Of a stretch of 64,000 bases of DNA, positions 52,262 to 64,000 are shown piece by piece. Numbering within the stretch: position 1 is the first letter of the stretch; each line of letters opens with the position of its first letter. The notes below the pieces were generated by a model that saw only the letters and a list, made by a program, of their open reading frames with translations, searched no databases and was not told the DNA's origin. The stretch lies in NCBI GenBank assembly GCA_964016885.1, contig OZ024743.1, positions 312,976,001 through 313,040,000 of the forward strand, given 5' to 3'. A program made the translations under genes and the position numbers. This DNA comes from Eledone cirrhosa (Eukaryota).

Positions 52262-54308
52262 CTAACAACAAATACAAAATAGGAATGTTTAATGCAAGAC
52301 AATATACATATATATATATATATATATATATCATCATCATCGTTTAATGTCCATTTAACATGCTAGCATGGGTTAGACGGGAGTTGTGCCACTTGAAGCA
52401 AGGTTGGTCAGGTGACCATGTCTCACTTGTATAGGACTATCTGGCAGGCTTTCTACGGCTGGATGCCCTTCCTAACACCAACCACATTTACAGTGTGGAA
52501 CTGGGAACATTTTACCGTGTTGCCTACACCGCCACATTACAGCGTGGACTGTGAGTATTTTTTTTTTTTTGTCCTGACACCTACACGATCTCGATCTCAT
52601 TATCTCATATATATATATATATATATCCACACTGTAATGTGGCCATGCAGGTAACACGGTAAAAAGTTCCCAGTTCCACACTGTAAATGTGGTTGGTGTT
52701 AGGAAGGGCATCCAGCCGTAGAAAGCCTGCCAGATAGTCCTATACGAGCGAGACACGGTCATCAGACCAACCTTGCCTCAAGTGGCACAACTCCGGTCTA
52801 ACCCATGCTAGCGTGGAAGATGGACGTTAAACGATGATGATGATGATATATATGTATAATTGGCACAGATTAAAAGTTTAGGCAAACAATTTCCTTTGAG
52901 GCCCATGTCCATCTCAATTATTGATTTCAAGGTGATATTCGTTTAGCTAACTCATCTCTTTTCATCCAGAGTTCAGAGGAGCAATCTTTGGGCAAGTTCA
53001 TTATGGTGAGTGATATGGCTGGCAGGGGCCAGCTGACACTTCACATCATATATACACATTTTAAACTATCATCAGAATTTTACGCGTTTTTCCGTCCACT
53101 TCTTTCTTTCTCTCACACACACACACACACTGAAAGTCAAGAAAAAATAACTGAAAAAGGATAGTAACATGGATGAAAGCAATCATGTCATGATAAATTA
53201 TTAAGCTATTGAAAGTATATTCAGACAGAGAAGGGAAACAAAACGCAGTGAAGAGCCAAGGGAGATAATTTAAATAAATCAAGACTAAATTCATTGCTGA
53301 ATTAACATGTCTTTCTGTTCCACTCATAACCTGACTCACATTTTCCCTGCAATAATCAATTTCAGAACACAAAAATATATTTCTAATATATTTTCCCCAT
53401 GTGATGAACTAGATCAATGTTTGACATTTGGATGGATAAGAAACAATTTGATGAAGATTTCTTACGCTAGAATCTTGTAATTAATAACCAGTAACTAAAG
53501 GATAATTAAACTAGTTCCAATTAGCCCTTAGGTACCTTTAGTGGAGTTCACTCTATTGCAAGCATTCAAGCTAGGTCTCCAGTTTGGGATACCTTTCTCC
53601 TTACCTCTTATCAATCTTGGAAGTCTTGAAATAAAAAATATAAACTCTCAGCCCACACTGTAAAGTGGTCGTGTAGGTGACATGACAAAAAGCACTTACA
53701 TACACGACTACTTTACAGTGCGAGCTGACACGACAAAAAGCGCCCACCCCACACTGTATAGTGGTCGTGTAGGTGACACGACAAATAGCGCTTAGCCCAC
53801 ACTGTAAATGTGGTTGGTGTTAGGAAGGGCATCCAGCTGTAGAAACCAAGCCCAAACCAGTCTTGTACGAGTAAGTGATGGTCATTGGACCTGGCTTGTC
53901 TCACAACGGGGGCAACTCGTTTAACTTATGCTAGCATGGAAAATAGATGTTAAACGATGATGAAATGTTCAGTTACTGTTCTTCTCTCTTGACTAATTGA
54001 TAAAAAAAATCACGACAAAAAGCACCCAGTCCACACTAATGTGATTGGTATTAAAAGGGCATCCAGCTGTAGAAACCATGCCAACATACAGATCCATATG
54101 AGCAAGATATGGTCACCTGACATGAATTGTTTCATAATGTGACAACCCGTCTAATCCATGCAAGCATGGAAAATGAATGTTAAATGATGATATTAATGAT
54201 CATAGATATACAAAAACACAAGATGTTTGAAGATAAAAACACCTTTGATCATAGATCTGCACAGTGAAGGTTGACCTTGTATTAAACAACAAATCTGTTG
54301 CTACTCAC

Positions 54309-54437
54309 CTGAACTTTAGAAAGATCATAGAACACACTGAACAGACCACGGCAGCTTTCATCAGAGGCAATATAACCAAATACATCCACATCTTTCACCT
54401 TCTCCCGCCAAAAGTTCTTGTTGAACTGCAAAACAAC
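54309..54437 (-). CDS. KDM1B: KDM1B exon: VVLQFNKNFWREKVKDVDVFGYIASDESCRGLFSVFYDLSKVQ
   Basis: gatag / gtgagt; 129 nt; LQF...FW and RGLF.VFYD motifs. Confidence 0.92.
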
Positions 54438-55602
54438 CTATCAACAACAACAACAATTTAGGAGTCTAATACTTCAATTAACTCTTTTGTTTCTAATAAA
54501 ATACACTGCCTATGTTTTTCAAATCATTTTGAAAATAATCAAGAATTTGTAGGGATTTAGTAAAACAACTAATTTTCCCATTTTTTTAACTGGTTTGGAA
54601 CATAACAAATGTTCTTACATAAAAGTATGATAGAAAGTGTCTTTAAATAATATAAACACTTTAAAATAGACACAATACAGGGTGAGGAGACTTCAAACTG
54701 GATAAACATGTAACATCTCTAGTATTGGTGCCCCACAATAAAATGCACCTAGAGCACTATGTAAAGTGGTTGGTGTTAGGAAGGGCATCCAACTGTAGAA
54801 AACATGCCAAATATGGAATGCATGAGTAAGATGAGGTTGTTCTGACCATGGCAACCAGTCCAATCTATGCCAGCATAAAAAGTGGAAAATAATGATGCGA
54901 TTTGTATCATAGAATCAGAGGTAGTTTCAGATGGCTTGAAATAAAAAAAAAAGGTTAAACAGTTAACTCATTTGTTACTATGTATTTCAATTAATTTTGA
55001 AAAATCACCAAGAATTTGAAGGGTGTTAGTAATATAAATAAATTTCTCATTATGAAGCTGGTGTTTGGAACAGACTTTTTCACTTAGAATTATGTACAGA
55101 GTGCATTTCATCATGACACAAGCATTAGAGAGGTTGCTGTGCCTCCAACAAGACTAAAGGACCTTGCCCTATAGTCACCATTCAATAATCAACCACTATA
55201 CAAATGATACTGGATGCATTAATTAGTGGTAGTAGCAAAAGTAAGTTTATTATATCCTGAACAGAACTATTTGATGGATAATGACTTTACAGAATGTACA
55301 GGGTGAATTTTATCATAGCACAGGCACTAGAGAGGTTATATTCTCAAAATAAAAGACTCCTCTCTATTGTTTGTTACAAAGTTAAGTATTTTCTTTTTTA
55401 AGAGATTCATTCTTCTACTGCTTTCATTTGCAATTTGGCCATGCTGGGGCACTGCCTAGTAATTATTTTATCAACTTTGGAAATATGAAAGGAATAGTGG
55501 ACTAGGGTGGGATTTGAACTCGGATGTAAAGAGATCCTGCAAGGTATTTTGTTCAACACACTACAGATTCTACTATCCATCCAGTTATTTTAAACAAGGA
55601 AC

Positions 55603-55797
55603 TATATATACTCGAATATAAGCCGACCACACTATTTTATGCCTGAGAATTGGGCAAAAATGCAAAATTTATTTACCTAGAATTTGAAGTTGGTGAAAAC
55701 AATCAACATATTGATCCCCAAATACAAACTGACTTCACTTCTACCATCCATTTTTTGGTCACATATTCCTTGGCTTATATTTGAGTATATACGGTAA
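55603..55797. mobile_element. Tigger/pogo-like MITE in KDM1B intron
   Basis: tatatactcgaatataagcc / ggcttatatttgagtatatacggta inverted termini. Confidence 0.55.
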
Positions 55798-55827
55798 TTA
55801 AAATAACCTTAATACTGAAAGACTTAC

Positions 55828-55944
55828 CATTTCAATAATACCAGCACCGAGTGACTTAATTGCTCTGGTTTTCTCAATCGGTAGATGAGGCACAAAATCA
55901 ATAACATCCTTTTGTAACACAGCTAAAGGAACTGTAACTAATAC
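55828..55944 (-). CDS. KDM1B: KDM1B exon: VLVTVPLAVLQKDVIDFVPHLPIEKTRAIKSLGAGIIEM
   Basis: cacag / gtaagt; 117 nt; VLVTVPLA.LQK and SLGAGIIE motifs; last codon is ATG where LSD2 has Lys. Confidence 0.92.
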
Positions 55945-56743
55945 CTGTGGTTAAAGAAAAACAAATTCAATGAGGAATTTGTAGTTTACTTGCAGCATTT
56001 TCCTAGGAAGAAGAGATTTTAATCTAAAAAAAATCAGGACATAAATAAATTAAGGTAAAAACACATCTTGTTTCGTCCGACTTGTTTGTCCATTTTGCAT
56101 TGTCGTGGCTTTCAAACTTTGAATTCTTTAAATTCAATGAGATTAACACACCTTGTACGCTTCATCAACATTTAACTCATTTCTTTGATAACAATGCAAT
56201 ATATTATTTTTAAGACTTTATACTAAACATTTCCAATTATCACCATTTTGTGTCTGTTATCCATACTGTCATGGGTTGGACAGGTTGTCACACTCTGATA
56301 CTATACAGGTCAGCAGACCACAACATGTTCATATGTTCCATTTCGGCATACTTTCTACATCTGGATGCCTTTGCTAATGCCAACCATTTTTCAGAGTGTA
56401 CCAAGTGAATTTTATTGTGGCACCAACACTACCATTTTACAAAATCAGAACTCACATTTTATACATTTAACATCAAGGATTTTAAAGCCCTTACTAAAGA
56501 GGGGATTATCTTTACGGGTCCTTCATACTCATAATAGGGTCCTTTGTGAGGCAGTTTTAGTCAAATGCTTTTCTTGGTACCAACCCTGTTAGTCACTTGT
56601 TACAACACAGGGATATGGAGTATATTTTAAACATGATACACAGAAAAATTAGAATATAAATATTCCATGTCTGGATTAATTAAATTTCATTAGTAATTAA
56701 CCTAAAATCTAGTTAATAAGCTGTAAAGCATTATTCAACAGAC

Positions 56744-56818
56744 CTTATCAGCTCTGAATACACCTCCAGATGAAGCAGACACCACTACATCTGCACCACT
56801 GTAGTCTATCTTTACAAC
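56744..56818 (-). CDS. KDM1B: KDM1B exon: VVKIDYSGADVVVSASSGGVFRADK
   Basis: tttcag / gtctgt; 75 nt; IDYSG motif. Confidence 0.88.
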
Positions 56819-57684
56819 CTGAAAGACAAAGCAAAATTTTAGTGAAATTGGGAGGCAGTTGTGTTAACACATATTCTAAAGACACAGACATTCATAGTAA
56901 GAACTTTTACAGAGTGATCATTCTTAGAGATAGAAGAGAGTTAGACTTTGTTGAAAAACATTTACTAATTTTTTTTTTGTTTTTACTTGACACAAACTGA
57001 CAGGTTCTCCTGACCCTTAGTTTGGTAAGCTTTTTATGGCTGGATGCCCTACTTATAACCAACCACTTTAAGAAGCATGTACTGGGTGCATTTATTGTGT
57101 AGATCAGCAACACTAAGGAGGCTGTCATGTTCTTGACACAACTGAAGAGTCCTCACAACCAGTTGTTTGGCAAGCTTTCTATAGGGTTTAGGGGGCAGAC
57201 AGCAGCCAAGGAATGAAAACACGAGGGTGGGCTGTACCAATGAGATATAAATGTAAAAAAGCAATACTAAATGTAAGAGAGAAAGCAAGAAAGCAGGGTC
57301 CCATGACATGAGGTCACTTATGAGGAAATATTTTACAGGCAAAAGCCTCTCCTGGTGCCAATCCTTTTAGTTGCCTCTTAGGACATGCAGAGACAGTGTC
57401 ATCATCATTTAACGTCCATTTATCATGCTTGCATAGGTTAGACAGGTTGTCACCTTATGAGACACGTCAGATCTGGAGACCACATCATGCTCATATGGAT
57501 TTGCATTTCGGTTTGGTTTCTACAGCTGGATGTTCTTCTTAACACAAACTATGTAACAGTGTGGACTGGGTGCTTTTTATTGTGGCACCAAAACAAACAA
57601 GTTGCATACAACCAGACATGTACAGAAGAAAAGACATTAAACATGTTAACAGAAAGAAATGGTTTCAAAAGTGTGTGTGTGTGT

Positions 57685-57992
57685 ATCATCATCATCATCA
57701 TTTTACGTCCGCGTTTCCCTGCTTGCAAGGGTGGGACGGGAACTGATTCTGACTTGATTTCTACAGCTGGATGCCCTTCCTAACACCGACCTCATTTACA
57801 GTGAGTGCTAGGTGCTTTTTTGCTGCAGCACCTCCACGACCACTTTGCAGTGGGATGATAGGGACCCCAGCTGAGTAAACTGGAGCAATGAGAAATAAAG
57901 TGACTTGCTCAAGGAAACAACACATCACCTGGTCTGAGAATTGAACTCACAACCTTTCGATTGCAAGGCCCATGCTCTAACCACTAAGCCAT
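57685..57992 (-). mobile_element. Young tRNA-head/RTE-tail SINE, copy 5 (KDM1B intron)
   Basis: Same family with a deletion across the internal palindrome. Confidence 0.85.
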
Positions 57993-58057
57993 GTATATAT
58001 ATATATATATATATATAAATATATACATACACACATACATACATAAACACTACTGAC

Positions 58058-58258
58058 CTCAACATTATACTGAATATCTAAATCTTCAGCAAGAAGAGTT
58101 AATAACTCTGATACTCCTTGAGATAACATTATACTGGAACTGCCAAGCTGAGGGAAAGCTTCATGTTGGTCCCAATGCATTGCAGAGAGATCTTCTACAC
58201 TACAACCACTAACTAACTCCATGTGGCCGAGATAGTACTGAAGGATCTTTTCTTCTTC
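58058..58258 (-). CDS. KDM1B: KDM1B exon: EEEKILQYYLGHMELVSGCSVEDLSAMHWDQHEAFPQLGSSSIMLSQGVSELLTLLAEDLDIQYNVE
   Basis: ttcag / gtcagt; 201 nt in frame; LSA..WD..E.F.Q and LAE.LDI motifs of LSD2. Confidence 0.9.
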
Positions 58259-59229
58259 CTGAAGTAAGAAAAATATTATAATAGTCAAATAAAACTCAAT
58301 TCATTAGGAATTTAAAACATTATACTATATCATTTAATGTCCTCTTTCTCTGCTAGCAATGGTTGGACAGGACTACAGAGACTAAGTCAGTACTGATACA
58401 GAGCTACTGGTCTCCCAGACAAGGTGAGGGGTCTGCAGTCTCATGTTCTACCATGTGCAGAAGAGAAGATGTCATGTCTTTGACACAACTGAGGGGGTCC
58501 ACCCAACCCATTGTTTGGCAAACTTTCTACAGCTGGATGCCCATCCTATCACCAACACTTAATTTTAGAATATTTTATAATTTCTTTTTAACCTTCTTAG
58601 ATTAAATTACTTTTAACAACTACTACACAAATCATTCGTAACTATTTTGTTATAATACTTCTAATGAAATAACATATTTTTGACTCTTAAATTTCTCATG
58701 TTTCATTCAGTGGCTTATCTTGTATATAGCATTTTAAAGAGTCAGAAATTAAAAAAAACAGCAGCAATCCTCCTAAATAGATTAACAGTAGACGCAAATT
58801 ATGTGAAGCTGATTGGCTATTGTAACTTTACCAGTCTGCACATGTCACCACCTCTCTTCCCTAAAATACTGGTGCAAAGGAGTTAAACTCACTGCTACCA
58901 TCACATTCCATTTTCTTTTATTTTTTGAAAAGGAGGCTTTTAATCCCCCAAATATATGGTAAAAGTATAAACTGCTACTTTGTTTTGTCAATTTTTAACT
59001 TGCATTTCTAAAACAATTTTAACATATATCTCACAATACTTCATATAAAATAAGATAATTTCAGATGAAAACAACTTAAGGATGAATTAGGTCCATCAAA
59101 ATAATGATTTGCAGGATCCATAGATGTTCCTTCTTCTTTGCCCACTTTTTCTAGGGAGGGTTTATAAGAAAAGACTAATTTTTCATGTGATACAAGACAT
59201 TATAGAGTTAAAGAATCTGAATATCTCAC

Positions 59230-59288
59230 CAGAGAAAATTCTATTTGAGACTGCTCCAAAAATTGGTCATGTGCTTCTTGAAACTTGC
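59230..59288 (-). CDS. KDM1B: KDM1B exon: (S)KFQEAHDQFLEQSQIEFSL
   Basis: ttacag / gtgaga splice sites; 59 nt completes phase 1 to phase 0; similar to LSD2 KIEEIYKAFIKESGIQFSEL. Confidence 0.85.
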
Positions 59289-60473
59289 CTGTAACAACAC
59301 AAAACTACAGTAAAAGAAGTATAAGTGGAATTTTCATTTTAATAAAACATATTTAAGTCTATACTGTGACTATATATAGAAACAGAACAATTAGAAGTAA
59401 TCATTTTTATGTCTCTTTTCCCTTACTAGTGGAGGTGCGTGACCTTGTGGTGTGTTGGACTTATTATCATAATGTTGAGGGTTGTGTGTTGCGTTTTTGA
59501 GCAAAACCTTTCAATTTATGTTGCTCCAGTATACTCAGCTGAAAATGAGTACCAGCAGTAGCTTGGGGGTTAACATTGAGATGGATTGGCACCCTGTCTA
59601 AGGGGAAGTTTTGTACTCCGTCGCTTAATACCACAGAAACTAGGATAAGCACCGGCCTAATGAGCCTCCAGGCTAGAGACAAACTTTAGACTTCTTTTTC
59701 CTTACTAGCATGGGTTGGATGGGACTTTTTGAAGCAGTGTTTTACAACCAGTTGTTAGATAACACTCCACCCGATGCTAACCACTTTACATTGCCTTTTA
59801 CAACATGCAGTGGGACAGTGTAACATGTAATCTAAATAACTATGCATTTCCATTTGGATTGATAATCTAGAGAAAAGTGTGTATCTGGTTTAGAATTGTA
59901 GATACACTATCTCAGTGTCATATGAAGTGACTAAAAGGGTTGGTACCAAGAAGGGCATCCAGTGGTAAAACATTATCCCATGTTGAGTATGAAGTCTGTT
60001 TTGGGACTTGCAAGGCTCAACCCTTGCTTTAGTAAGGAAAATGTTCTTAAGACATTGAGGAGAGAAAGAGAGTGAGAGTAAGAGAGTGAGAGTAAGCGAG
60101 TGAGAGTAAGCGAGTGAGAGAGCGCGAGAGGAAAAGAGAGCATCTTTTAGGCCTTCTTGAACTTGAGAATAAGAATATGAGATAATGACCAACTTGGATT
60201 GTTGCAGGATGTCAAGAAAAATATAGGTAAGAACCGATTGACATACAGAGAAGTAGTTATATGAAGAAAGATTGGACAAGGTGATTAGTAGTGGATCTCA
60301 AAAGTAATGTACAGGTAAAATGGGAGAAACAGGTGAGGTGAAGAAATTAAAGTTGTTTTAGTAGGTATATGATGTACATAGTGGAAAATCTGTAAACTCA
60401 GAGAAACAGCAAAGATCACTATCCTCTTCAACATTTTATGACCACCTTTCATGCTGGCATGTGTTGGATTGGC

Positions 60474-60586
60474 TGTCACTGTCCAGGACTGGATGGGTTG
60501 TCACAGTCCAGGACTGGATGGGTTGTCACAGTCCAGGACTGGATGGGTTGTCACAGTCCAGGACTGGATGCGTTGTCACAGTCCAA
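60474..60586 (+). repeat. 25-bp tandem repeat (~4.4 copies) inside an RTE-tail element
   Basis: Unit gtcacagtccaggactggatgggtt. Confidence 0.9.
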
Positions 60587-61860
60587 AGTTAGACAGGTCA
60601 CAGAGACATTTTGCACATACATTCCATATTTGACATGGTTTCTATAGCTCGATGCCCTTCCTTACACCAACCAACTTGCAGGGTGTACTGGGTGCATTTT
60701 ATTATAGCACTGGTACTGGAGAAGTTGTCATATGCATGGCTAGTCTAAAAAGTCACCTCTACCTTATGTCTCTATTTTATTGTAAACCACATTAGAGTGT
60801 ACTGGTTGCTTTCTACCATGCCACCAACGTTGTCTTGATGTGTAAGAACCCTTTGTACTCTAGGTAGTCTCCAATCTCTTGCTATATTCACTTTTGGGAA
60901 ACAAAGAAAGGATATAGGTTGATGGTGACTCCTATGGTTGTTAAACTACGAGAAGCAGATTTTTCAGATATCAATTCAAGTATCTGAGAGGGGGAGGGAG
61001 ATAGAGAGGTAATGGGGAAAAGAAAAAATCACTAACTGTTGTTAGGAGTTCAAATATTTTCTGGCCCTGAATTGGAATTTGTGAAGATGTTTTAGTTAAA
61101 AAAATGTGGAGCTTCCAGCAAAGGTTATCCAAGATATTTGGGCTTTAACATTTGTTTTGGGTTTGGAGGTGATTTTGGCAGGTGTTGATGTTGTAATTTG
61201 TGACATGATCACAACTTAAAATATTTACATTAAACATTGTTTATAGGTTCATATACATGGTCCACCCTGTCAGTTGTTCGTTTTGGTGCTCGATAAAGAG
61301 CACCCAGTCCAAACTGTAAATGCTGTTGGTATTAGGAAGGGCCTCCAGCAGTAGAAACAAGGCAGAAATAGATCTGTATGAGCAAGACAAATCACCTGAT
61401 CTGACTTGTCATCTAATCCATACTAGCGCAGAAAATGGACATTAAACGGTGATGATACACCTTTATTCTGAGCAAATATATTATGCAGACTATCATCATC
61501 ACCATCACCATTTTATGTCCACTTTTCCATGTTATCATGGGTTGGACAGTTCATTTTTAGCACAGCATACCTCCACTCATCATGTTTCTTCATCTCCGTG
61601 AGGCTGTGATTTAAGATCAGCTCTTACCACCTCGGCCCAGGTCTTTCTCTACTGCAGCTTCCTTTCACTGTAATTTCTTGACTTCTTCACCCAGCTATCA
61701 TCATTTATATGCATGACATGTTCATTACCAGTGCAGTCTTCTCTCTTGTACATTACAGCTGATTCCTCCTATACCCAGTTTTTGCTCACTTTGTCATTCA
61801 TACACATTAACAATATTTCCTACAAAATCAACCCCTGTCAACATAACCCAGACTACTTAC

Positions 61861-62032
61861 TTAATAAACCAGTATCTTTTGCTGAAACGTTATCTTTCCT
61901 CCATTCAGCAATAACATCAAGAATGGCATTAAAATGGAAATTCAACCGCCGACAAGACTCTGGAAGTGCTAGCTGACCATTTTCAAAGATTAATTCATAT
62001 TTGTCGCGAATTATTTTCATATCTATGTCTGC
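61861..62032 (-). CDS. KDM1B: KDM1B/LSD2 exon (first in window): ADIDMKIIRDKYELIFENGQLALPESCRRLNFHFNAILDVIAEWRKDNVSAKDTGLL
   Basis: Acceptor ttttcag, donor gtaagt; 172 nt, ends in phase 1. FHFNAILD..EWRKD matches the LSD2 amine-oxidase domain. No LSD1 Tower insertion follows. Upstream exons lie beyond the window. Confidence 0.9.
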
Positions 62033-62734
62033 CTGAAAAGAAAAAATATACAAGATCTATATTTCTTTACTATAATAAAAATAGCTTGATACGTGAGTGG
62101 AATATCAATGAGAGAGAGAGAGAGATGATGATAACGATGTCTATGCAGATCAAAGTTAACTCACTTGCATACACATCAAACAAATTGGGTTATTAACACA
62201 ATTGTTGATTATTTGAGTTCCTTGACCCAAACACATGTTGCCAATATTAGTTTCATCTCCAACTTTGCCTCCTAATCCATTCTGAGCCTCCAATACAGTC
62301 ACCTAAACAGGAAAAAAAAAATCATCAATGTGAAAATGAAGTGGCTTGCTGAAGGATGTCATCTGGTTTAGGAATTGAACCCACAACCTTACAGTCACAA
62401 ACCCGATATGCTAACCAGTAAGATACAAGGAAAGCCTACTTAACATGATGATGAAGAGGATTATTGATTAACCCTGGCTGATTTAATAACTATTCTTAGT
62501 CATCATATTATGTCCAGTATCCACATGCCTTTCAGTACTTCTGTCTATACCAGGTACTGAATAGGTAAATCATTTCCCTGCATGTTGCAAAAAAGGGCAT
62601 CTGACTCTAAAACATACCTTAAAAAGGATCCCATAATGAGTATATAGCTTGCACATGGAACCTGTAAAGCAAACCCTTGCTTTGGGAAGTAAAATGGCAT
62701 TGTGTGTGTGCCTGTATAAATATATATATATTTA

Positions 62735-64000
62735 TATCTTTGACTTGGAGAAAGCCTTTGACAGAGTTCTCCGCTCCATTATCTGGTGGGCTCTTAGAAA
62801 ACTAGGTGTAGATGAATGGCTTGTGAGAGCTATACAAGCCATGTATAAAGAAAGAGTCAGCAAGGTTAGAATTAACAACGAATATAGTGAAGAGTTAGCG
62901 TAAAAGTTGGTGTTCATCAGGGCTCCGTTCTTAGCCCCCTACTATTTATTATTGCCCTTCAGGCTATAACAGAGGAGTTCAAGACCGGTTGCCCATGGGA
63001 ACTCCTATACGCAGATGATCTAACGCTCATAGCTGAATCAATGGCTGAACTAGAGAAGAAATTTCAAACATGGAAGCATGGCCTAGAATCAAAAGGCCTT
63101 AAAATTAACCTGTCTAAGTTCTAGTTTGTAGGAAGGAAAATAGGACCCCGTCCCCGTCCCAAAGATGTAGTGGGATCACAGGTAAGTTAACTAAGAATAT
63201 AGATTTTATATGTGGCCAGTGCTCAGGTGCAATAAGTAGCAGCAAGTGCCCACTAAATACTAGCTCATTCCATTGCACAGATGGTTCTATAGAAATAGTG
63301 GACACCTTCCGTTACCTGGGTGACAAAATCAGCAGTGGTGGAGGGTGCTCTGAAAGTACAGTAGCTAGTCAGAATGGGATGGAAAAAGTTCAGAGAGCTT
63401 ATACCACTATTGGCTGCTAAAGGGTTCTCTCTAAAAATGAAAGGCAGGCTGTATGATGCCTGCATACGAACAGCAATGTTACATGGCAGTGAGACTTGGG
63501 CGTTGTGTGCAGAGGATATACGCAGACTGGAGAGGAACGAAGCTTGCATGCTCCGCTGGATATGTAATAGTAATATACGTGAACGGCAAAGCATGAACTA
63601 AGGGAGAAATTAGGAATAAGATGGATCAGATGTTGTTTACTCGAGAGAAGACTACGTTGGTACGGTCACGTGATGCGCATGAAAGACGACAGTTGTATAA
63701 AAAAGTGCAGGGCGATAAAAATAGACGGTAGCCACGGAGTAGGCAGACCCAGAAAAACCTGGGACTTGATAAATTCCGACCTCACACACTTACACCTCTC
63801 CAAGACAATGTCACTGGACCGAGATCTTTGGCGATACACAGTAATACAGAAGACCCGCCTTGCCTAAGTACAAAGCGAAACCTACAGTCAGTAGGTACCT
63901 CTAACAAAAATACACCCCCGTCCCACTACCCGCATCCCATCCACACCACCCCTTTCAATGTAAAGTTATGTTGGTACCACAACATCCAGGCCGAAACAAA
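62735..64000 (+). mobile_element. RTE LINE (antisense in KDM1B intron), runs off the window end
   Basis: FDLEKAFD, GVHQGSVLSP, YADD, RRLRWYGHV; stops and frameshifts present. Confidence 0.92.

Noticed and set aside
53335-53355. Possible 7-nt KDM1B micro-exon (tgcag|GGAAAAT|gtgagt)
   Set aside because: Flanking exons already join in frame and match LSD2; 7 nt would frameshift. Cannot be excluded as a poison exon.
60474-60586. Palindromic 25-bp repeats (cagtccaggactg) resembling CRISPR repeats
   Set aside because: Head-to-tail with no spacers; a local expansion inside a retroelement tail.
49121-62032. Assignment to LSD1/KDM1A or a polyamine oxidase
   Set aside because: No Tower coiled-coil insertion; the motifs and C-terminal end match LSD2.

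Overview
AT-rich, repeat-dense animal genomic DNA; no prokaryotic operon or CRISPR signal. The repeat content (RTE LINEs with (GAT)n tails, tRNA-head SINEs with Meta- and Nin-like domains, long microsatellites) suggests a cephalopod such as Octopus (inference). The one clearly identified host gene is the 3' half of KDM1B/LSD2 (FAD-dependent histone demethylase): nine minus-strand GT-AG exons at 62032->49121 that splice in frame. Its conserved active-site Lys (K661 equivalent) is encoded as Met. A second, tentative minus-strand spliced gene (~37.5-35.7 kb) joins an Asn/Thr-rich exon in frame to a mariner transposase HTH. The rest is mobile DNA: a full-length decayed Gypsy element (with a -1 frameshift signal) nested in a hAT MITE, a near-intact hAT transposon with TIRs and TSD, plus hAT, mariner, Helitron, CRE-like, Penelope-like and many RTE/SINE remnants, minisatellites and several long inverted repeats. 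All homology calls come from recalled family motifs, not database searches.
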